Shown here: in pieces, positions 16,215-23,766 of the stretch
Numbering within the stretch: position 1 is the first letter of the stretch
Layout: each line of letters begins with the position of its first letter
Source: an uncultured Candidatus Saccharibacteria bacterium
GTDB lineage: Bacteria > Patescibacteriota > Minisyncoccia > Phycocordibacterales > UBA918
Reading direction: 5' to 3'
Length of the DNA: 40,708 nucleotides
Assembly: GCA_964353135.1 (NCBI GenBank)
Contig: CAYGTV010000006.1
Location: 1 to 40,708, forward strand
Translations under genes and position numbers: made by a program
Notes under the pieces: generated by a model
What the model saw: the letters and a program-made list of their open reading frames with translations, nothing else
Told to the model about the DNA's origin: nothing
The model's database searches: none

Positions 16215-16275
16215 TTGCCCACTTTGTCGTCTCCCTCTCTTGACGCACGGAGCCGGAAGAAAAACCAAAACTATT

Positions 16276-16530
16276 ATGAAAACAAACAAATCATTCAGTA
16301 AACGAATCAAGGTTACCAAAAACGGTAAGCTAGTTACGCGTAAGCCTGGACAAAACCACTTTAACGCGCGACAAACTGGTCGACAGCGACTTGCTCGGAA
16401 ACGAAGCAACACTATTAGTATGTCAGAACGACTAGTTCGACGGTTCCTACCTGGAAACGCCGGACGAGCGAAAAAAATCGCAGCTGCTGCAGCCGCAGAA
16501 GCCGTTACGACTAACACCACTAACTCTTAA
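16276..16530 (+). CDS. rpmI: 50S ribosomal protein L35 (with Ala-rich C-terminal extension)
   Basis: MKTNKSFSKRIKVTKNGKLVTRKPGQNHF...; tracked 15958 start rejected as an antisense run-on. Confidence 0.85.
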   Translation: MKTNKSFSKRIKVTKNGKLVTRKPGQNHFNARQTGRQRLARKRSNTISMSERLVRRFLPGNAGRAKKIAAAAAAEAVTTNTTNS

Positions 16531-16533
16531 TCT

Positions 16534-16881
16534 ATGGCACGTGTAAAAGGAGGGCTAATGGCCCAGAAGCGAAAACGAAATATCCTAGACGAAGTGAAAG
16601 GATACCGGTTTGGACGCTCAACTAAAAAAGCGCAAGCTCGAGAAGCAATCTACCACGCACAAACCTACGCGTTTGCTCACCGAAAAGACAAGAAGAACGA
16701 CTTCCGTCGACTGTGGACAGTCCGAATCAATGCCGCACTGATGGAACACGGAATCAAGTACAGCCGATTCATCGATATGTTGAAAAAAGCTGACATCCAA
16801 CTCGACCGAAAGATCATGGCTCAACTAGCAGTTGAACAACCAGAATCATTTGCCCGAGTCGTAGCAGAAGTAAGTAAATAA
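16534..16881 (+). CDS. rplT: 50S ribosomal protein L20
   Basis: MARVKGG...KGYRFGRS...YAFAHRKDKKNDFRRLWTVRINAA. Confidence 0.95.
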   Translation: MARVKGGLMAQKRKRNILDEVKGYRFGRSTKKAQAREAIYHAQTYAFAHRKDKKNDFRRLWTVRINAALMEHGIKYSRFIDMLKKADIQLDRKIMAQLAVEQPESFARVVAEVSK

Positions 16882-16894
16882 ACGTTACAAGCAG

Positions 16895-16926
16895 AAAGGC
16901 CCGCGGAATCATCCGAGGGCCTTTTT
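16895..16926 (+). terminator. rho-independent terminator after rplT
   Basis: aaaggccc...gggccttt stem with an inner cgga/tccg helix, followed by TTTTT; overlaps the 3' end of the convergent gene. Confidence 0.6.
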
Positions 16927-17592
16927 GTGTGGGACTGTGTAGTACCTGATCAAGTAGCTGTACCACAGAATATACACAGCAACGTGGATCATCAGCATGT
17001 ACGTGAAACTGTATGAGGTATACACCATAAGTGTAGGATAGACAGTGGCCAGACCTGTGGAAGACCAGATAAAAAATCCACCAAACAACCGACCAAACAA
17101 CCACCAGCTAGGAATATGGATCACAAATACAATGACCGTAAACAGGACTGTCATCGCCAACAATCCAAGACCTAATGCCAATAGCCCAGACAGTATCATC
17201 AGCGCGCACAACTGCTGAAAACAAATTTCGGTAATCTTGACCGTTTGTCCTGCTGCCGTCGGACACAACTCTATCTGTGCCGTTGGTGGAATTCCGAACA
17301 TTTGGCAATGATCGAGTCCGGACATACGTTCATGTTGCATCACACCAAATACACAGTAACCAGCCACGAGCACGCAGATCGCGACCGCGGTCTCGTAACC
17401 TGCTATAAACAGCTGTTGATTGGCAAGCATCAGCAGCAGCGCTATAGAGCTTGTAGCGTACAAGACCACATAACTCACAGGCGCTGTAGTGTACGACATC
17501 GCGTACTGTCTTTTCAAAATAGAGTTAACAAACCCCAAAACGATTCCAAATGACAGACAGCCAATCAGAATCAACTGTATACCGTAAGTCAT
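16909..17592 (-). CDS. polytopic Cys-rich membrane protein, unknown family (paralog A)
   Basis: 227 aa, about 6-7 TM; shares VIHIP...GRLFG...STGLA...HVAVYIL blocks with 18134..18796. Confidence 0.65.
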   Translation of the reverse strand: MTYGIQLILIGCLSFGIVLGFVNSILKRQYAMSYTTAPVSYVVLYATSSIALLLMLANQQLFIAGYETAVAICVLVAGYCVFGVMQHERMSGLDHCQMFGIPPTAQIELCPTAAGQTVKITEICFQQLCALMILSGLLALGLGLLAMTVLFTVIVFVIHIPSWWLFGRLFGGFFIWSSTGLATVYPTLMVYTSYSFTYMLMIHVAVYILWYSYLIRYYTVPHKKALG

Positions 17593-17615
17593 TTTGCACC
17601 CCTCTTCCCACGTTT

Positions 17616-17684
17616 CTACGTTGAACTTTCTATATCCAGATTACAGAAAATACCCAGACTGCGCAAGCCGACAGAACACATCAT
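17616..17684 (-). CDS. possible 22-aa upstream ORF / leader peptide
   Basis: GGGGAGAG SD, 6-nt spacer, ATGATG...; MMCSVGLRSLGIFCNLDIESST; stops 23 nt before the paralog-A ATG. Confidence 0.25.
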   Translation of the reverse strand: MMCSVGLRSLGIFCNLDIESST

Positions 17685-17760
17685 CGCTCTCTCCCCACTC
17701 AATTGCATAAGCAAGCAATTCGCTATGTATAATAAAGCTGTAACACGTACAACGTATGAC

Positions 17761-17790
17761 TAACAAAGCCACCTCGCGGTGGCTTTGTTA
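17761..17790. terminator. perfect 13-bp hairpin within the paralog-A leader
   Basis: taacaaagccacc / ggtggctttgtta, loop tcgc; only a weak U-run (TTGTTA). Confidence 0.45.
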
Positions 17791-17885
17791 GTTTCAGTAT
17801 TACTTTGTATCTGATAGAGCACTTTGTAGTAGATCGTTTACTTGCGTGTCTACTATATTCTATCTGACTTGCTTCAATGCTGATG

Positions 17886-18030
17886 TTCCCTCGTTGCCTG
17901 AAACGAGTTCCGGCAGGTTGGGTTGTTTCCCTAGCTCGCGTACCAAGCAGTACGCTTCAAGTGGGTGTAACACGATAGGTTCACCCGGAGGCTTCCCTAC
18001 CAACGTATGAGAGATAAATCCCTCGTACGT
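17886..18030 (-). promoter_or_regulatory. candidate structured cis-regulatory leader (riboswitch-like; weak resemblance to cobalamin riboswitch core)
   Basis: Downstream of a TTGCCA-N16-TATAAT promoter; four AGGGA(A/T) motifs; hairpins GGGTG/CACCC, GCGTAC/GTACGC, CTCGTT/AACGAG; GGTAGGGAAGnnnnnGGGTGAA and ACCTGCCGG strings. Confidence 0.35.
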
Positions 18031-18036
18031 ATCTGC

Positions 18037-18064
18037 ATTATATTCTTCTCACCCAACTTGGCAA
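18037..18064 (-). promoter_or_regulatory. sigma70-type promoter candidate
   Basis: Minus strand TTGCCA-N16-TATAAT (plus 18059-18064 / 18037-18042). Confidence 0.5.
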
Positions 18065-18133
18065 GCAAAACGCTACTTACAGATTACTTTATGAAAAAGT
18101 AAACAGTAGATTTGTTGTCGGGTATAGCTTGTA

Positions 18134-18796
18134 TCAGATTCTACCTTTATACATTTGCATCGACCGCGATACGATAAGTAATAATACGTACACTGACAAA
18201 TGGAACGTAAAGACATAATAAAATCCGTACACAAATGTATCTATCACCCACGGTATAAAAAGGGCAAAACCAGTGGAAAGTATCGTTAAAGCAACACCGT
18301 ATATCCTTCCAATGATTAGCGGAGCCGGAATATGCACCACAAGTACAACCAGCGCAAATAGTAAACCTGCCGTCAAATGACTGACGTTCATCAGCAAAAG
18401 CTGAGTCACTACCAGTAGCATAACGACATCCTGTACAAGCACCTCTCCCGCTTTTGAAAAAGCTGAGCTTAGGTTGGGTTTGAGTAATTGGTAGTATGAC
18501 TCAGACAAAGTGTCTACCCCATACATATCATCGAGACTGTACCGCCTACCCCACCAACTACAAAAGAGAGCGTACGAGGTAAAAGCTGCAATACCAATGA
18601 GTATGCCAGTAGGATTTGTAAACGACTGATTTTGGCTGAGTGAAGTTGTCAGCCACATTCCAGCAACACCTGAGAGAAACAAACTCACAAAAACAACGAC
18701 GTTTTTTTGATACGTAATACCAAAGAATGTCTGGAGTATGTTTGCAGCCCCAGCCAGAACGGCGAACCACAGAATTGCTACTAAGATTTCAAACAT
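18134..18796 (-). CDS. polytopic membrane protein, unknown family (paralog B)
   Basis: 220 aa; VVHIPAPLIIGRIYG...STGFALF...FHLSVYVLL blocks shared with paralog A. Confidence 0.65.
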   Translation of the reverse strand: MFEILVAILWFAVLAGAANILQTFFGITYQKNVVVFVSLFLSGVAGMWLTTSLSQNQSFTNPTGILIGIAAFTSYALFCSWWGRRYSLDDMYGVDTLSESYYQLLKPNLSSAFSKAGEVLVQDVVMLLVVTQLLLMNVSHLTAGLLFALVVLVVHIPAPLIIGRIYGVALTILSTGFALFIPWVIDTFVYGFYYVFTFHLSVYVLLLIVSRSMQMYKGRI

Positions 18797-18841
18797 GGAA
18801 GAATATAAATTAAGCCAAAAAGATTATTGCAACTTCTGTGG

Positions 18842-19231
18842 TTATACAATTAAACATTTAGTGTAACCCTGTTCGACCAGATAATTGTACGCTGACCATA
18901 CTTCGCCAGGAATGTCCTGTTCAATTTGGAAGCCTTTTGCTGGATACTCCCTGATACGTTGCAAGTCTCCAACCATTGCATGTAGCCAATGATCATTATC
19001 AGGTGCAAAACCTGCCTCGTACTCTTCTAAAGTCAACTGCGGAGAGGTTGCGAGGATTTCTTTATCAGGCCACCACAGTTTTCCGGTCGCGTAGGTTCGA
19101 CGTTCCATATACGGTTTTTGCACCGCAATCACGGTATGAATTTTTATCCCGTTTTCTTCAAGAAGTCTGGTTGTGAATTCATAGTTCTGGCCAGTATTTT
19201 GAGATTTATTTTCAATAAACAATGTTCTCAT
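18842..19231 (-). CDS. N-terminally truncated DUF218 (YdcF/ElyC-like) domain protein
   Basis: Begins at the ENKSQNTGQN (E.S.NT.EN) mid-domain motif; in-frame stop 5 codons upstream; start lies 1 nt after the DedA-like gene stop. Confidence 0.6.
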   Translation of the reverse strand: MRTLFIENKSQNTGQNYEFTTRLLEENGIKIHTVIAVQKPYMERRTYATGKLWWPDKEILATSPQLTLEEYEAGFAPDNDHWLHAMVGDLQRIREYPAKGFQIEQDIPGEVWSAYNYLVEQGYTKCLIV

Positions 19232-19232
19232 G

Positions 19233-19910
19233 TTACTTGTTTCTTAATGATTTTCTTAACTGCCAGATTCCAACCACAATCATTATTGAAGCTGAATAAT
19301 AGAGTGTTTCAAAACCCTCCTCATTACTCAAATCATTTAAATCAATTGTATAAGCGAGGATTATTGTCACTACTCCCATAAAAAAACTAGCTAGAAATTT
19401 TACTTTTACTGATGATAGGAAAATGGATCGGGGATTGCCACCTGACACAGCTTGAGCCACTTCGTAATTAGCGCGAAACGCTGGAAACCAAGTCGTTAAT
19501 ATTCTGTCTTTAATTTCATAATCAGTGTTTTCTATAGTGCCATATCGCTTTCCAAACCAAATATTGATTAATCCAGACAATACCCACCCAACAAAAATCG
19601 TTGCGACCGTTGCACCAAACATACCCCATCCATTTGTTTGCGAAAGCACTGCCAGCACAACCACTACCGATGAACCCGGAATGAAACTACCTAAAAAATA
19701 CAAACCTTCTATAAAAATAGCGACAAAAGCAGCCAGCAATATCCACCACCCAGACAGACTTTCTAGCCAACTTATGAGCTGTTCAAGTCCGGGAATATCA
19801 TGAATTAAGATACCGACTGTTGCATATACTGTTAGCCCTAAGCCTGCAGCTAACCAGACTAATCCTGATCTAAATAGTGATGTATCCGTCATACTAAAAA
19901 TCAATTTCAA
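19233..19910 (-). CDS. DedA/VTT-family membrane protein
   Basis: FIEGLYFLGSFIPGSSVV (VTT motif) and GKRYG; TTG 19910 overlaps the upstream gene by 17 nt; alternative ATG 19892. Confidence 0.7.
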   Translation of the reverse strand: MKLIFSMTDTSLFRSGLVWLAAGLGLTVYATVGILIHDIPGLEQLISWLESLSGWWILLAAFVAIFIEGLYFLGSFIPGSSVVVVLAVLSQTNGWGMFGATVATIFVGWVLSGLINIWFGKRYGTIENTDYEIKDRILTTWFPAFRANYEVAQAVSGGNPRSIFLSSVKVKFLASFFMGVVTIILAYTIDLNDLSNEEGFETLYYSASIMIVVGIWQLRKSLRNK

Positions 19911-21279
19911 TCTCGGCGTTGGGTTCAGGGGCGATGGCGTTGACTCCTAGGTAGTCGCGTAGGCGTTGGGTGAGGAACAATGACGCCCGTTCTTCACCCA
20001 TGGTGACAAACACCTGTTTTGGCTGATAATCCTTGGTTCCGTTGTAAACCAAGTCAATCAGCTGGTTACGGTCAGCATGACCAGAAAAACCTCTGATAGT
20101 GGCAATTTGAGCCTTTACACGCACGTCTGCACCATCAATCCAGACTTGTTTCGCTCCATCTTGGAGTAAGCGTCCCATACTCCCTACCCCTTGGTATCCA
20201 ACCAGCAACAGAGTTGTGGCAGGGTCACGCAAGAACCGTTTTTCGTGTTCACGAATTCGCCCACCATGACTCATACCTGATCCAGCGATGATAATTTTCG
20301 CACCGCCATAGCCGGCGATTTGTTTTGACTCTTTCATGGTTTCGGTAAACGACAGGCCCTCAAACGAAAAGATGTCATCACCACCCTCGATCTGTAGCTG
20401 CACATCGCCTTTGAGGTACTCGATCGAGTCGCGGTACACATCAGTCACCCGGATGGCGAGTGGTGAGTCGAGGTAGGTTTTGATTGGCGGCACATCACCT
20501 GACTCGATCAGATTGTTGATCTCGTATAAAATCCCCTGGGTTCGTTCAAGCGAGAAGGCTGGGATAATGAGGGTCCCATGCTTTTTGATTGTTTCCTCGA
20601 TGTGGTATTTCAGTAGAGCTGTTCGCTCTTCGACTTCTTCGTGTACTCGATCACCGTAGACACTTTCCATTACCATGTAGTCAAAATCGGTTGGGACGGT
20701 TGGGGGTGACAATAGTGGCTGAGGGATGTTCCCGACGTCGCCGGTAAAGACGATTTTCTTGCCGTACCGCTCCATCTGCACCATCGCAGACCCAAGGATA
20801 TGACCAGCGTCGGTAAAGTGAATTTTGGTGTCACCCTCGGTGATCACTTCGTCATACTTTACGCCCTTCCACAGGTTCATGGCATTGTCGATGTCTTTGC
20901 CACTATAGAGCGGTTGCCGGTCATCACGTTCCGCTTCGTACTGCATGATATGCAAGGCGTCTTCAAACATAATGTGAGCCAGGTCGCGGGTGGCGTGGGT
21001 AGAATAAATTTTTCCTCTAAACCCATCACGAACCAGTTTTGGGATCCGACCGATATGGTCAGCGTGGGCGTGGGTCACAAACAATACATCGACTTTGGAC
21101 GGGTCATAGGCAAAATCTTTGGCGTTGATTTGTTGGGCAAATTTGTCCCCCTGGACCAAACCACAATCGACTAAAAACGCCTGCTCGCCGGTATCGAGCA
21201 TAAAGTTAGCACCGGTAACTGAACCAACACCGCCGTAGAACCCTAATGTAGAAGACATAATCAATATTGTACCAGACAC
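19894..21279 (-). CDS. MBL-fold beta-CASP ribonuclease (CPSF/RNase J-related)
   Basis: FVTHAHADHIGRIP (HxHxDH), beta-CASP and C-terminal RNA-specificity-like region; GTG 21279 abuts a terminator; ATG 21258 (MSSTLGFYGG) is a likely true start. Confidence 0.85.
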   Translation of the reverse strand: MSGTILIMSSTLGFYGGVGSVTGANFMLDTGEQAFLVDCGLVQGDKFAQQINAKDFAYDPSKVDVLFVTHAHADHIGRIPKLVRDGFRGKIYSTHATRDLAHIMFEDALHIMQYEAERDDRQPLYSGKDIDNAMNLWKGVKYDEVITEGDTKIHFTDAGHILGSAMVQMERYGKKIVFTGDVGNIPQPLLSPPTVPTDFDYMVMESVYGDRVHEEVEERTALLKYHIEETIKKHGTLIIPAFSLERTQGILYEINNLIESGDVPPIKTYLDSPLAIRVTDVYRDSIEYLKGDVQLQIEGGDDIFSFEGLSFTETMKESKQIAGYGGAKIIIAGSGMSHGGRIREHEKRFLRDPATTLLLVGYQGVGSMGRLLQDGAKQVWIDGADVRVKAQIATIRGFSGHADRNQLIDLVYNGTKDYQPKQVFVTMGEERASLFLTQRLRDYLGVNAIAPEPNAEIEIDF

Positions 21280-21280
21280 G

Positions 21281-21310
21281 AAAAAGGCCGCGCTTACGCG
21301 CGGCCTTTTT
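21281..21310 (-). terminator. strong rho-independent terminator
   Basis: A5-ggccgcgc-ttac-gcgcggcc-T5; palindromic, so formally bidirectional. Confidence 0.7.
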
Positions 21311-21313
21311 CTA

Positions 21314-21463
21314 TGGAACTACAGACGCATGCCCTGAACTAAGTTTCAGGTGGGCACCATATCTGTTCCGAATATTTGATCGCTCAAAATGGCATTCAGC
21401 ACGAAACATTGAGACCAGGCAGCCCTGCAAAAGTGTATTGAGAACATACGTAATGTAGTTCCA
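21314..21463 (-). ncRNA. candidate ~150-nt structured small RNA, family not recognised
   Basis: 10-bp closing helix (21314-21323 / 21454-21463) extended by a 7-bp helix that has a G-U only on the minus strand; internal hairpins; lies between two terminators; no credible ORF. Confidence 0.4.
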
Positions 21464-21469
21464 GTGATA

Positions 21470-21497
21470 ATGGTAACACAAAGGGTGAGACTGTCTA
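21470..21497 (-). promoter_or_regulatory. weak promoter candidate for the sRNA
   Basis: Minus strand TAGACA-N16-TACCAT, with -10 ending 6 nt before the closing helix. Confidence 0.3.
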
Positions 21498-21509
21498 AGT
21501 CTCACCCTT
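21481..21509 (-). terminator. terminator after ndk
   Basis: aagggtgagac / gtctcaccctt 11-bp stem, 7-nt loop; TTTGTGTT follows on the minus strand. Confidence 0.6.
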
Positions 21510-21546
21510 CATATTATCTCAACTTCGCTTATTTCAAGATTTCTGA

Positions 21547-22161
21547 CTAATCAGGGGTGCCGTCTAGATTCACATCATACATAATCGCTTCTTGGGCAGT
21601 TGTGTACGACATGATTTCTGATTCGTCGAACCAGAGGGCGATTTCTCGTTCTGCTTCTTCTGGTCCGTCTTCTGGATCTGTACAGTGAATTAGGTTTCGC
21701 ACCGCACGGTCTTCGTAGGCTGCGTGTGAGTATGAATCGACAGTGTAGTCCCCTCGGATTGTACCTACGTCTGAAGTAGATGGTTCAGTTGAACCAACTA
21801 GCTTTTTGATAACTGCCCCAGCCTTGTTCCCTTCCCACACCATTGCAACTAGTGGTGACTGCATCATAAATACGGCGTTTTGTCGGATGATGTCCTTTCC
21901 GTATTCCATCGCTTCTTTTTCAACTGGTTTACCTTGTTCTTTGAGGTTTTCAACGATACCAGTTCCCTTTTTCATGAACCAGGCTTCGTCTTTGTTGTAG
22001 TGAGCGAACAGGGTTTCTTCGTCAGCCATGAACATTTTGAGGGCTGAGCATTTCAGGCCTGTGGCTTCAAATCGTTTGATGATTTCACCGATCAAACCGC
22101 GCTGTACAGCATCAGGCTTGAGCATGACAAACGTTCGTTCTTTGTGGGGGGCTTTTGACAT
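21547..22161 (-). CDS. ndk: nucleoside-diphosphate kinase with internal insertion and C-terminal extension
   Basis: ERTFVMLKPDAVQRGLIGEII, VAMVWEG, TIRGDY, NLIHCTD (active-site His); 204 aa, longer than the usual ~140-150 aa. Confidence 0.85.
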   Translation of the reverse strand: MSKAPHKERTFVMLKPDAVQRGLIGEIIKRFEATGLKCSALKMFMADEETLFAHYNKDEAWFMKKGTGIVENLKEQGKPVEKEAMEYGKDIIRQNAVFMMQSPLVAMVWEGNKAGAVIKKLVGSTEPSTSDVGTIRGDYTVDSYSHAAYEDRAVRNLIHCTDPEDGPEEAEREIALWFDESEIMSYTTAQEAIMYDVNLDGTPD

Positions 22162-22372
22162 AATGTGGAGATTATATAGCTAAATAATATGCGCGAAGTA
22201 TAGCAAACTCTATCGGAAATCCAAGTAAAAAAAACGCCAGCACGGGGGCTGGCGTAGGTCAGTTTCTCATCAAAACACGGACAGGTGTGAAAAGTCAAAA
22301 CTGGCACAACTCTGCGGCAGGTCGCAAGAAGCGGCGGTAAACAGAGAAGTACAAAAATACTATATATAAAAC

Positions 22373-23146
22373 CTAGACTTTCGTCAATATCACCGGGCCA
22401 TCGGGGGTAATGGCTACAGTATGTTCAAAATGAGCACTCCAACTATCGTCAGCTGTATATACACTATATCCGTCACCATCATCGTCAAAGACAACATCAG
22501 GCTTCCCTACGTTTACAATCGGCTCGATTGCGTATACGTGACCAACCTCAATTTTTGGACCATCGCCCTTGCGCCCAAAGTTTGGAATGTTTGGCTCCTC
22601 GTGTACAGCGTACCCCACCCCGTGGCCACACAGCACTTCTACCACTGAAAATCCTCGTGATTCAACCAGTTGCTGAATAGCTGCCCCGATGTCACCTACA
22701 TGACCACCTGGCTGCGCAGCTTTAACACCGAGCGCCAAGGCTTCACGAGTCACCTCGATCAGCTTTCGAGCCTCGGTGTCAATCTCGCCGACACCAACTG
22801 TGATTCCACTGTCTACAATCATCCCGCCGTGAGCGATCGACATGTCGATGTTTACCACATCGCCTTCCTCAAGCACGATATCTTCGGACGGGATCCCGTG
22901 CTGGACACAGTTGTTGACCGACACACAGACGGCCGCCGGGTATGGAGTTGGAGCAAATTCAGGATGATACCCAAGCAGGACTGGCTCAACCCCAGCCTCG
23001 GCCGCTAGCTCCATCGCGATGTCGTCCAGCGTCAGTGTGCTCACCCCAGCCACGGCTTCTTGTCCAAGTTTTTTCAAAATGTTTGCCAAAATAGCACCCC
23101 CTTCTGCGAGGATGGCAATTTCTTCGGGTGTTTTTTTGGTAATCAT
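22373..23146 (-). CDS. map: type I methionine aminopeptidase
   Basis: GDVVNIDM, GHGVGYAVHEEP, EHTVAIT metal-ligand motifs. Confidence 0.95.
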   Translation of the reverse strand: MITKKTPEEIAILAEGGAILANILKKLGQEAVAGVSTLTLDDIAMELAAEAGVEPVLLGYHPEFAPTPYPAAVCVSVNNCVQHGIPSEDIVLEEGDVVNIDMSIAHGGMIVDSGITVGVGEIDTEARKLIEVTREALALGVKAAQPGGHVGDIGAAIQQLVESRGFSVVEVLCGHGVGYAVHEEPNIPNFGRKGDGPKIEVGHVYAIEPIVNVGKPDVVFDDDGDGYSVYTADDSWSAHFEHTVAITPDGPVILTKV

Positions 23147-23167
23147 TGTTACTGGGTTAGCTTAAAC

Positions 23168-23764
23168 CTATGCTAGGTTGAGTGCGCCACAAATTGCATT
23201 ATGTACGCCGTCAATATCCATCGTACCATCGATATCGTGAACTGTCGTGTTGTTTCGTTCGCGGTAGAAGTCCAGCACTGGCAGGGTGTCTTCGCGATAC
23301 CAGCGCAACCGGGTTTCGATTGAATCAGGCGTGTCGTCCGCCCGAGCGCGGCTTACCATACGTTCGCGCACTATGTCTTCTGGTGTTTCGAGATTAACAA
23401 CGGTCACCTTGTCTCGTTCAAAAAATGACAAGGCGTTGTCGAGTACGCGTGCCTGATGCGCGGTTCTGGGAAACCCATCGATGAGCAGGTGTGACTTTGG
23501 GTCTAACTGATCAAGCATGGCTTGCCCCCATAGCAAGTGGGTGATGAAGTCTGGTTGCAATTCACCACTATCAAGCGTCTCGGCAATTTTTTTATCGGCA
23601 AAGGTTTCACTTTTAGCGGCTAGTGCACGAAAGCGACGCCCAGTCTGAATATCGACAATCCGACGTGATGGATCGTGAGCCGCAATAACGTCGTACAGTT
23701 TTGCAATCTGGGTTCCCTTTCCACTTCCTTGTGGACCGATAAAGATAATGGTTTTTGGTGTCAT
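23168..23764 (-). CDS. adk: adenylate kinase
   Basis: IIFIGPQGSGKGTQ P-loop, LIDGFPRT, short lid. Confidence 0.9.
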   Translation of the reverse strand: MTPKTIIFIGPQGSGKGTQIAKLYDVIAAHDPSRRIVDIQTGRRFRALAAKSETFADKKIAETLDSGELQPDFITHLLWGQAMLDQLDPKSHLLIDGFPRTAHQARVLDNALSFFERDKVTVVNLETPEDIVRERMVSRARADDTPDSIETRLRWYREDTLPVLDFYRERNNTTVHDIDGTMDIDGVHNAICGALNLA

Positions 23765-23766
23765 GA

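Noticed and set aside
15958-16275. N-terminal extensions of tracked ORFs for rpmI (15958), rpsH (29026), rplX (34636) and the SOUL gene (14177)
   Set aside because: The extensions overlap neighbouring genes or terminators and carry no homology. Conserved N-termini begin at the internal ATGs 16276, 28963, 34534 and 14225.
17886-18030. TPP riboswitch assignment for the structured leader (ACCCnnTTGAA ... GCG..TAGGGAA resemblance)
   Set aside because: The obligatory CUGAGA motif and the GGGGUGC P2 context are absent. Only the 3' half looks vaguely similar, so TPP was dropped. The cobalamin resemblance is kept only as a weak hypothesis.
21314-21463. Identification of the sRNA candidate as SRP (4.5S), 6S, tmRNA or RNase P RNA
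   Set aside because: There is no GGAA tetraloop or AGCA/GGAA domain-IV motif (SRP). It is too short for tmRNA or RNase P and lacks their conserved strings. The branched fold is unlike the 6S rod. It is left unassigned.
21267-21505. 63-aa (plus) and 64-aa (minus) ORFs between ndk and the beta-CASP gene
   Set aside because: They overlap each other and both terminators, and they lack SD signals. The region has long-range complementary segments and is better explained as an RNA element.
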